Position numbers and translations under genes: made by a program. Positions 24,554 through 32,075 of a stretch of DNA of 64,000 nt are shown piece after piece. Numbering within the stretch: the stretch's first letter is position 1; each line of letters opens with the position of its first letter. The DNA is taken from assembly GCA_002083775.1 (NCBI GenBank), contig MTEI01000006.1:62321-126320 (forward strand), written 5' to 3'. Below the pieces are notes generated by a model, which saw only the letters and a list, made by a program, of their open reading frames with translations, did no database searches and had not been told where the DNA came from. Source of the DNA: Rhodoferax ferrireducens. Its GTDB lineage: Bacteria; Pseudomonadota; Gammaproteobacteria; Burkholderiales; Burkholderiaceae_C.

Positions 24554-24655
24554 GTTCACGACCAAACGGCATTTTTTACAAACGCCTCAGGCGCGCTGAT
24601 GCCTGCGATCACCCTTCTCCGTCCCGCATCCCCCACAGCCGATAATCCCGCCCCT

Positions 24656-26632
24656 ATGGCACTCATCACCTTACTTGACGCCCAGCTGGCATTTGGGCAT
24701 GTCGCGTTGCTCGACCACGCTGATTTTTCTTTGGAGACGCAGGAACGCGTGGGGCTGATTGGCCGCAACGGCGCGGGCAAATCGTCCATGCTCAAAATCC
24801 TGGGCGGCATGGACAAACCCGATGACGGCACGACACAGGTGCAAAACAACACCCGCATCGCCTACGTAGCGCAAGAGCCGCAGCTTGACGCAGACGCTAC
24901 GATATTTGAAGCTGTCAGCGTCGGTCTGGCAAGGGTTAGAGCCCTGATTGACGAATATTCTGAAGGCCATGGCGACCTGGACGCGATGCAAAGCGAAATT
25001 GAGTCGCTGGACGGCTGGAACTGGGAGCAACGCGTGGGTGAAACGCTGCACCGCCTGCATCTGGCGCCCGACGCGATTGTCAGCACGCTCTCCGGCGGCA
25101 ACAAGAAGCGCGTGGCGCTGGCGCAGGCGCTGGTGTCTGCGCCCGACGTATTGCTGCTGGACGAACCCACCAATCACCTGGACCTGGACAGCATCGAATG
25201 GCTCGAAGGCCTGCTGTGCGAGTTCAAGGGCAGCATGATCTGCATCACCCACGACCGCTCCTTTCTGGACAACGTGGCCACGCGCATCGTCGAGCTGGAC
25301 CGGGGCAAATTGCTTTCGTATCCCGGCAATTTCGCCGCTTATCTGCTTCAAAAAGAAGAGCAACTGGCGCAAGAGGCGGTGATCAACGCGCGCGCCGACA
25401 AGCTGCTGGCCCAAGAAGAAATCTGGATTCGCAAAGGTGTGGAAGCGCGCCGCACCCGCGCCCAGGCGCGCATCGTGCGGCTGGGCGAACTGCGTGCCAA
25501 GCACCAGGCCCGGCGTGAGGCGGTGGGCAGCGTGAACATGGATGTGGTCACCGGCGGTGCCAGCGGCAAGCTGGTGGCTGAGCTGACGCACGTGTCGAAG
25601 AGCTTTGGCGAGCGCAAAATCGTTGACGACTTCTCCGCTACCATCCTGCGCGGCGACAAGATCGGCCTGCTCGGCCCCAACGGCGCGGGCAAAACCACGC
25701 TGCTCAAACTCATTCTGGGCGAACTCAAAGCCGACCCGGCACCGGCCAACTCCCCCGCGCCCGAACCTGGCCACAGCCCCTGGGGCACGGTGCGCCAGGG
25801 GGCCAACATTTCGGTGGCGTATTTCGACCAGATGCGCAACGCGCTGGACCTGGACGCCACGCTGGAAGACTTCATCAGCCCCGGCAGCGAGTGGATCGAA
25901 ATCGGCAACCAGAAAAAACACGTCAAAAGTTACCTGGGTGATTTCTTGTTCTCACCCGCACGGGCGAACTCCCCGGTGCGCAGTTTGAGCGGTGGCGAGC
26001 GCAACCGGCTGCTGCTGGCGCGCCTGTTTGCCCGCCCGGCCAACGTGCTGGTGCTCGATGAGCCCACCAATGACCTGGACATTGACACACTGGAATTGCT
26101 GGAAGACCTGCTGCAAAACTACGATGGCACGGTGTTTCTGGTCAGCCATGACCGCACCTTTCTCGACAACGTGGTCACCAGCACCATCGCGTTTGAAGGT
26201 GACGCCAAGTGGCGCGAGTACGAAGGCGGCGTGACCGACTGGTTGGTGCAAAGCAGGCGCGCTGCCGAGCTGGCCAAAGTTAAGGGTCAAAAAGGCCCCA
26301 AGCCCTTTCACTACGAGCGCGAGCAGCTATTAAAGAAAGAGCAAACTACGACTGTTGAGCCCGTCGCCGCCGTGCCGCCAGCGCCCACCGCAGCAACCGC
26401 CAAAACGCGCAAGCTCAGTTTCAAGGAGCAGCGTGAACTGGATGCGCTGCCCGCCTTGATTGCCGCGCTGGAAGCCGAGCAGCAAGAGGCCAACACCCAG
26501 CTCGCCGACGGCAGCCTCTACGCCGTGGACAACGCCCGCGCGTTGAAACTGGCCACCCGCAGCGCACAGATTGACGATGAACTGCTGGCCGCGCTGGAGC
26601 GCTGGGAAACGCTGGGCAGCAGCGCTGGCTGA
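24656..26632 (+). CDS. uup: ABC-F family ATPase (Uup-like), two ABC domains plus a C-terminal coiled coil
   Basis: Trimmed to ATG 24656. Two Walker A motifs (GRNGAGKSS, GPNGAGKTT), two signature motifs (LSGGNKKR, LSGGERNR) and a linker with QEEIWIRKGVEARRTR. Confidence 0.85.
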   Translation: MALITLLDAQLAFGHVALLDHADFSLETQERVGLIGRNGAGKSSMLKILGGMDKPDDGTTQVQNNTRIAYVAQEPQLDADATIFEAVSVGLARVRALIDEYSEGHGDLDAMQSEIESLDGWNWEQRVGETLHRLHLAPDAIVSTLSGGNKKRVALAQALVSAPDVLLLDEPTNHLDLDSIEWLEGLLCEFKGSMICITHDRSFLDNVATRIVELDRGKLLSYPGNFAAYLLQKEEQLAQEAVINARADKLLAQEEIWIRKGVEARRTRAQARIVRLGELRAKHQARREAVGSVNMDVVTGGASGKLVAELTHVSKSFGERKIVDDFSATILRGDKIGLLGPNGAGKTTLLKLILGELKADPAPANSPAPEPGHSPWGTVRQGANISVAYFDQMRNALDLDATLEDFISPGSEWIEIGNQKKHVKSYLGDFLFSPARANSPVRSLSGGERNRLLLARLFARPANVLVLDEPTNDLDIDTLELLEDLLQNYDGTVFLVSHDRTFLDNVVTSTIAFEGDAKWREYEGGVTDWLVQSRRAAELAKVKGQKGPKPFHYEREQLLKKEQTTTVEPVAAVPPAPTAATAKTRKLSFKEQRELDALPALIAALEAEQQEANTQLADGSLYAVDNARALKLATRSAQIDDELLAALERWETLGSSAG

Positions 26633-26639
26633 AAACCGC

Positions 26640-27143
26640 CTACAACTGCGCCAGCGGAATGCTGCCGGTGGACTCGTCGGCTTTGAGCAGGGTGATGAGT
26701 TTGGCCAGATCACGATCCAGCTGTGCCAGCGTCTGCGCGGGCAGTTTGTCCAGCGCCTCAGGCAACACCCCTTCAAACGGACCCGGTACCTTGGCCAGCA
26801 GCGTCAAGGCCTCGGGCAGCGCCACCAGCTGCACCTGACGCTTGTCGGCGTGGCCCTTGTCGGCGCGGATCAAGCCTTTTTGCAACAAGCCCTTGACCAG
26901 GTTGCTGGCGGTGGATTGGTGCACATCCATGCCGCGCGCCAGCTCGCCCAGACCGATGCCTGGCTGATCACGGATCAGGCTCAGCGCCCACACCTGCGCA
27001 CCGCCCAGCCCCACCTGTTTTTCCACCTGCTTGAAGTGGGTGCGCACGGCATTGAACACCACGCGGAAACGGCGCAGCACCACGGCGGTGGGCACACGCG
27101 GCGGGCTGGCAGGGCTTGGGGTCGGCATAAAACCTCGGCGCAA
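26640..27143 (-). CDS. MarR-family transcriptional regulator
   Basis: Winged-HTH region VWALSLIRDQPGIGLGELARGMDVHQSTASNLVKGLLQKGLIRADKGHADKRQVQL. Confidence 0.8.
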   Translation of the reverse strand: MRRGFMPTPSPASPPRVPTAVVLRRFRVVFNAVRTHFKQVEKQVGLGGAQVWALSLIRDQPGIGLGELARGMDVHQSTASNLVKGLLQKGLIRADKGHADKRQVQLVALPEALTLLAKVPGPFEGVLPEALDKLPAQTLAQLDRDLAKLITLLKADESTGSIPLAQL

Positions 27144-27234
27144 ATGGAAACTGCACCATCATAGTGCCGCCGGGCTGCGTTTGCAGGCTGACGGCTGTTG
27201 GCAGCCACACCGGGTGGTGCCGATGGCGCGGCTT

Positions 27235-27993
27235 TCAGGCCACGTCGACCCCACCTGTGAGCAATTCGCGGCGCACCAGCCGGGTCATCAGATCCTCAAA
27301 GGTGTAAAAACCCGGTTCGCACTCTGCCAGTTGGCTCAGTGCAAACGCCGCACCAGTGCCAAAGGCGCGCCGCTCGATCGAGTTATGAATCAAGCGCACC
27401 GTCTGGTACGGAAAGCCAAAGATCACCTCGTGGTGGCCGACGATGCCTCCCAGACGCAGCGAGGTGATGCGCTCGTCTTGCACCTCCAGGCTCTGGGCAA
27501 TCTTGCGCGCCGTGCCAGACACCTCCGGCTTCTCGCGAAAGTGCTGCTCCAGAATCTCGACGTCGGCAAACGGGGCGATCTTGCGCAGCAGCTTGCCCGC
27601 CATGATCAGAAAGTTGATGCCCACGGTGATGTTGGGCGAGCACATCACCCGGGTGCTCTCGCCCAGCTTGTGCGCGTAATTCAGGTCTTCCGGGCTGTAG
27701 GCCGAGATGGCGCTCACCAGCATCAGCTGGCGCTGGGCCAGGGCCTCGCCGTAAGCGTGCAGGCTCTCAGCCTGCGAAAAATCCACCAGTGCATCGACCG
27801 GATGCGCATCCAGCCAAGGGCCCCAATCTGCTGCGCCCAAGCTGACGATAGGAATATCGGTCTCGGGCAGAGTGGCTGCCTGCTGGGCAGATTTACGCGC
27901 AATCCAGCACAATTCAAAACGCGGATCAGCCCGCAACACCTGCGCCACCGCCTGCCCGGCTTTGCCGTAACCCACCAAACCGACTTTGATCAT
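27235..27993 (-). CDS. DapB-like NAD(P)-binding reductase (dihydrodipicolinate reductase family paralogue)
   Basis: Trimmed to ATG 27993. MIKVGLVGYGKAGQAV Rossmann motif; ...SPNITVGINF...EQHFREKPEVSGTA... resembles the DapB C-terminal domain. Confidence 0.55.
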   Translation of the reverse strand: MIKVGLVGYGKAGQAVAQVLRADPRFELCWIARKSAQQAATLPETDIPIVSLGAADWGPWLDAHPVDALVDFSQAESLHAYGEALAQRQLMLVSAISAYSPEDLNYAHKLGESTRVMCSPNITVGINFLIMAGKLLRKIAPFADVEILEQHFREKPEVSGTARKIAQSLEVQDERITSLRLGGIVGHHEVIFGFPYQTVRLIHNSIERRAFGTGAAFALSQLAECEPGFYTFEDLMTRLVRRELLTGGVDVA

Positions 27994-28143
27994 GTTGTGC
28001 TCCTCTTTATATTCCGCAGTGTGAACCACTCGCGTTACATTTGGCCCAATATATCAAATTGCATTTGATTCAATGTACTTTTCCGCGCCGCAACCTGAAG
28101 ACGCACCGCGCCTTGGTGACAGACCGGTGCGGCACCCGCCTGC

Positions 28144-29484
28144 ATGAAAATTGACGACGGCAGCGCCAATCTGCTCCACGCCATCCGCAACGACCTGAAC
28201 GACTGGCAGGTATGGGCTGGCCGTGCGGTGGTGATCGGCTTTGCCGCGCTGGCGGGCCTGGTGGTGGTGGCCTTCACCTGGATGACCGAGTACGCCTTTG
28301 GCTGGTTTGAGCGCCTGCATGGCGCCTATGGCTGGGCCCCGTTGATCTGGTCGCCGCTGTGCGCGGCTTCCATCGTCTGGGTGATGCGCCGTTATGTGGT
28401 GGGCGCGGCGGGCTCGGGCATACCGCAGGTGATGGCCGCGCTGGACGCGAGTGTGGCCCCGGCGCAGCGCAGTTTGTATGTGTCGCTCAAACTCACGGTG
28501 GCCAAGATGGCGCTGGCCACCTGGGGCCTGTTGGGCGGCCTGTCTTTGGGGCGCGAAGGGCCTTCGGTGCAAATTGCCGCCGGGGTGATGCACCACGCCC
28601 GGCACTACCTGCCCAAACGCTCGCAGGTGTCTGAGCATGGTTTGCTGATGGCTGGCGGCGCAGCGGGCATTGCCGCTGCGTTCAACACGCCGCTGGGTGG
28701 CATCATGTTTGCCATCGAAGAGCTGTCGCGCAGGCCCGAGCAGCGCAACAGCGGCCTGCTGCTGGCGGCGATTGTGCTCAGCGGCCTGATGGCGGTGTCG
28801 GTGTACGGCAATGCCACCTACTTTGGCCGCATCCGGGTGGACCAGTTCAGTCTGGCCCTGCTGTGGCCGGGACTGCTGCTGGCGGTGGCTTGCGGGCTGG
28901 TGGGCGGGCTGTTTGCCCGGGTGCTGCTGCTGTCGGTGCGGGGGGATTCGGCCGACCGCTTCAGCCGCTGGCGCCAGCGCTCACCGGTGGCTTTTGCCGC
29001 CGCCTGCGGGCTGGTGCTGGCGGTGATCGGGCTGGTCAGCCACGGCAGCACTTTTGGCACCGGCTACGCTGCCAGCCGCGCCATGCTCGACGGCGAGCAC
29101 CACGCCGAGCCGCTGTACACGCTGCTCAAATTCATGGCCACCTGGATCACTGCCTGGGCGGGCGTGCCGGGCGGCATCTTTGCACCGGCGTTGTCGATTG
29201 GCGGCTCCTTGGGCAACGACATCGCCCAGCTCACCCACTACGCCAATGCGCCCACGCTGATTGCGCTGGGCATGGCCGGGTTTCTGGCGGCAGTGACGCA
29301 GGCGCCGCTGACAGCGTTCATCATCGTCATGGAAATGGTCGACGGCCACGCGCTGGTGCTCAGTTTGATGGCCAGCACCATGGTGGCCAGCGGGGTGTCG
29401 CGGCTGCTGTGTGTGCCGCTGTACCAGGCGCTGGCGCAACTGCAGTTGCAGCGCCTGCCACCCACCGCGCCCCCGGCAGGCTAA
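28144..29484 (+). CDS. ClC-family voltage-gated chloride channel/antiporter
   Basis: Selectivity motifs GSGIPQV, GREGPSVQIAAG and GIFAPALSIGG; polytopic membrane protein. Confidence 0.85.
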   Translation: MKIDDGSANLLHAIRNDLNDWQVWAGRAVVIGFAALAGLVVVAFTWMTEYAFGWFERLHGAYGWAPLIWSPLCAASIVWVMRRYVVGAAGSGIPQVMAALDASVAPAQRSLYVSLKLTVAKMALATWGLLGGLSLGREGPSVQIAAGVMHHARHYLPKRSQVSEHGLLMAGGAAGIAAAFNTPLGGIMFAIEELSRRPEQRNSGLLLAAIVLSGLMAVSVYGNATYFGRIRVDQFSLALLWPGLLLAVACGLVGGLFARVLLLSVRGDSADRFSRWRQRSPVAFAAACGLVLAVIGLVSHGSTFGTGYAASRAMLDGEHHAEPLYTLLKFMATWITAWAGVPGGIFAPALSIGGSLGNDIAQLTHYANAPTLIALGMAGFLAAVTQAPLTAFIIVMEMVDGHALVLSLMASTMVASGVSRLLCVPLYQALAQLQLQRLPPTAPPAG

Positions 29485-29508
29485 AAAAAAGGAGCCCCGA
29501 AAGGCTCC
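29483..29508 (-). terminator. Rho-independent terminator for the minus-strand M14 peptidase gene
   Basis: GGAGCC-ccgaaa-GGCTCC hairpin (29491-29508), followed on the minus strand by a run of 8 T (29483-29490). It is 73 nt downstream of stop 29581. Confidence 0.6.
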
Positions 29509-29580
29509 AAACTCGCTTGCAATCCCGATTGCTAGAAGGAGAATGCGAGTTGAGTGTATTTGAACAAATGCAATTACAGG

Positions 29581-30459
29581 CTAGGGGTAAACCCTTTCCT
29601 CAACGACCTGAGCCAGCACCGGGTCGTCGGCTTCGGGCTGAACTGGCTGCTGAACGGGCAGGGTTTTGTCCATCCAGGCCAACAAATCACGCCACATGCG
29701 GGCCATCTCCGCGCTGCTGGGCGTGACCAGGGCATGGGGCAGCTCCACGGTCACCACCGGAATACCGCGCTGCACGCCGCTGAAATTACCCAACGAACCT
29801 GGAAACACCCCCACCTGGTCCAGGTACAGCCGACCGAGTTGGGTGGGCGGCATCACCGGGCCGTCAAAGTCCAGCACGCCATAGGGCGCATGAATGCTGA
29901 CGATCAGCTGCGGCTGAAAGCGCGCCATCTCGTCATACAAATAGCGCGACTCGGGCTCACTCAGCGGCTTGGGGCCGGGCCAGCGCCGCGGGTCTTTGCC
30001 GGTGCGCTGCTCCCAGTACACCTTGGTTTCGCGTTGCCAGTTTGGGGTGGGAAAGTTGCGGTTTAAATCAACACCGTGCGCGTTCATCCGTTGTGGCTTA
30101 CGGCGCATCAGGCCGTCGGGGTTGAGCACCGGGATGAAGCGCCAATGCGTTTGCAGCGGGGCGGCCTGCGCCATCTGCAACCAATGCAGCGCCACCGAGG
30201 CCGCCGACAACTCGTCGCCATGCATGGTGGCCACCACCAGCACGCGCCGCTGCGCCCCCGCCAAAGCCAGGTCGCGCAGCAGAATGGGGCGCCCCTGCAC
30301 ACTGCGCGCGGCGCTGGGTTTGAGATCGGCCGCGCGGCAAAGCGCCCGTGGCACATTCGGAATTTTTGTATAAAAATCGCTGCAAGCCCATATAGAATAA
30401 GGGCTAGTAGCTATACAAAATAAAGCAAACAGAGCGGAGCGTTTGAACCAGTCATGCAT
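29581..30459 (-). CDS. M14-family zinc carboxypeptidase (MpaA/murein-peptide amidase-like)
   Basis: Trimmed to ATG 30459. VVATMHGDELSAASVALHW...IPVLNPDGL...NAHGVDLNRNFP is the Zn-carboxypeptidase signature. The N-terminal signal peptide is encoded by repeat copy D. Confidence 0.75.
   Translation of the reverse strand: MHDWFKRSALFALFCIATSPYSIWACSDFYTKIPNVPRALCRAADLKPSAARSVQGRPILLRDLALAGAQRRVLVVATMHGDELSAASVALHWLQMAQAAPLQTHWRFIPVLNPDGLMRRKPQRMNAHGVDLNRNFPTPNWQRETKVYWEQRTGKDPRRWPGPKPLSEPESRYLYDEMARFQPQLIVSIHAPYGVLDFDGPVMPPTQLGRLYLDQVGVFPGSLGNFSGVQRGIPVVTVELPHALVTPSSAEMARMWRDLLAWMDKTLPVQQPVQPEADDPVLAQVVEERVYP
30383..30415. repeat. AT-rich palindromic repeat, copy D (encodes part of the M14 peptidase signal peptide)
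   Basis: caagcccatatagaataagggctagtagctata reads on the minus strand as CIATSPYSIWAC. Confidence 0.75.
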
Positions 30460-30554
30460 GGCCCGGATTCTAGGGAGGCCGCAGGCCATGTTTTCACCCG
30501 CCACATTGGCCTGCAGCCCACGCAGGCAGCGCAATATCGGGTAGATTCAGCGCG

Positions 30555-31073
30555 ATGTTTTCAATCTCCACCCGTTCCCAGGCGCAAGCGCCCGACTTCT
30601 CCAGCACCCAATTCCGTACTGCCCTGGGCATGTTTGCCACCGGCGTGACCATCGTCACCGCGCGCACGCCTGCGGGCGAGCTGGTGGGGCTAACGGCCAA
30701 TTCGTTCAATTCGGTGTCGCTCACGCCGCCGCTGGTGCTGTGGAGCCTGTCGCAGGCGGCCAGCGCCATGGACGCGTTCCGTCAGGGCTCGCATTACGCC
30801 ATCAACATCCTGGCGGCCGACCAACAGGCGCTGGCGCTGCGTTTTGCCGCACGCGGGGTGGACCGCTTTGCCGACCTGGATTTTTCTGAGGGGCGCAGCG
30901 GCGCGCCGCTGATTGCTGGCAGCGTGGCCACCTTTGAGTGCTTCAACCGCAGCCGTTATGAAGAAGGCGACCACGTGATTTTTGTCGGCGAGGTGGAATA
31001 CTGCAGCCACCGCGCCGGTGCTTCGCCGCTGCTTTACCACGGCGGCAAGTTTTACACCGAGCATCCCCTTTGA
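30555..31073 (+). CDS. Flavin reductase family protein (NAD(P)H-flavin oxidoreductase, HpaC-like)
   Basis: FRTALGMFATGVTIVTARTPAGELVGLTANSFNSVSLTPPLVLWSL is the Flavin_Reduct domain signature. Confidence 0.8.
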   Translation: MFSISTRSQAQAPDFSSTQFRTALGMFATGVTIVTARTPAGELVGLTANSFNSVSLTPPLVLWSLSQAASAMDAFRQGSHYAINILAADQQALALRFAARGVDRFADLDFSEGRSGAPLIAGSVATFECFNRSRYEEGDHVIFVGEVEYCSHRAGASPLLYHGGKFYTEHPL

Positions 31074-31103
31074 CGTGATAGACATTGCCAGCCATCCGTT
31101 CGG

Positions 31104-31152
31104 CTGTCATGCTTTTGGTTGTCATCCCGGACCTGTTCCGGGATCCATGAAC
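31104..31152. repeat. GC-rich REP-like hairpin (locus R4)
   Basis: gctgtcatgcttttggttgtcatcccggacctgttccgggatccatga. Confidence 0.7.
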
Positions 31153-31194
31153 GGGTGTGATTCAAAGTGATGTATGGCTTGGGGAGCTAGTCCG

Positions 31195-31390
31195 AGGCAT
31201 TGGCTTACGCTGTGGCTTGCGGCTGTGGTTTTCGGTTGGGATAAATGGCGCGGCGACCGGGTCAGGCGCATGCGGTTTTGGGGCGCAATCACGCGCGGGG
31301 TTGGGGTGGTGGTACGCGCAGGGCCGTTGACGCGCGCCTTGTGCCCCAAAGCCCGGTCGCCTAACCCAATCACCGCGCCCGAGACGTTGT
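31195..31390. repeat. ~190-bp element, left copy (internally palindromic)
   Basis: ggcgaccgggtcaggcgcatgcggttttggggcgcaatcacgcgcgggg...cgcgcgccttgtgccccaaagcccggtcgcctaacccaatcacc matches the reverse complement of 31610-31810 over most of its length. Confidence 0.65.
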
Positions 31391-31549
31391 TGGCAAAGCA
31401 GGCGGGGGGGGAAGGCGAAGGCAACGACAAAAGTAAATGCAAAGGCGAAGGTCTGGCGATGTTTATCACACAGTAAACGCCCAGACTTGAGGGGCGAGTT
31501 GGTTGACTGATGTATCAAGCGCCTTGAGTACACCTTTAGACTCAAATTT

Positions 31550-31585
31550 ATAGCTGCTAGCCCGTACTGCTAAAGGGCTAGAGGC
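31550..31585. repeat. AT-rich palindromic repeat, copy E (intergenic)
   Basis: atagctgctagcccgtactgctaaagggctagaggc. Confidence 0.75.
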
Positions 31586-31609
31586 ACTTTTTTCTTAAAA
31601 CAACCTCAC

Positions 31610-31810
31610 GATGACTCACATGCCTCGGGCAGGGTGATTGGGTCAGGTGACCGGGCTTTGGGTGGCAAGGCGCGCGTCTGAGGTACTGGCTTACTGAGAC
31701 ATCAGCCCCGCGCGTGATTGCTACCCAAAACCGCACGCACCTGACCCGGTCGCCCTGCCATGTGCAAAAGCCAGCCACAACACGCGAAAGCCAGCCACCA
31801 AAAAAAAGAG
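31610..31810. repeat. ~190-bp element, right copy (inverted relative to 31195-31390)
   Basis: The reverse complement reads ...ggcagggcgaccgggtcaggtgcgtgcggttttgggtagcaatcacgcgcgggg...cgcgcgccttgccacccaaagcccggtcacctgacccaatcacc. Confidence 0.65.
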
Positions 31811-31886
31811 GGATCGCTGTCAAAACACACAACTTTGAATCACATCCTCCAGGAACCCAGAGCCATGGATGCCGGGTCGTGGCCCG

Positions 31887-31958
31887 GCATGACATCCTGC
31901 ATGACAACCTGCATGACATCCTGCGTGACATCCGGCATGGCAGCCGATATGACAACCC
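31887..31958. repeat. Tandem dodecamer repeat, 6 units (GCATGACATCCT-like), adjoining REP-like locus R5 (31862-31886)
   Basis: Units in order: gcatgacatcct, gcatgacaacct, gcatgacatcct, gcgtgacatccg, gcatggcagccg, atatgacaaccc. Confidence 0.75.
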
Positions 31959-32075
31959 TTTCTTTCACGTCAAAACAGCGCCGCATTTGACGTTTGATCT
32001 GACTTGAAAACATCTGTCAGAAAGCTTGTCGCGAGCGTAAACTAATGGTTCACAACTTCACAACACGAGCCATTT

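Noticed and set aside
31174-31955. ORFs 31174..31476(+) 100 aa and 31578..31955(-) 125 aa in the 1-kb gap upstream of the EF-G paralogue.
   Set aside because: Their similar peptide segments (RGDRVRRMRFWGAITRG and QGDRVRCVRFWVAITRG) arise because they translate the two inverted copies of the same ~190-bp repeat. The MSRRMSCRLSCRMSCR stretch is the dodecamer array. There is no RBS and no coding-like composition.
31887-31958. Considered whether the tandem array or the other repeat clusters could be a CRISPR array.
   Set aside because: The units are 12 bp and contiguous with no spacers. No 24-48-bp repeat/spacer periodicity and no cas genes occur anywhere in the window.
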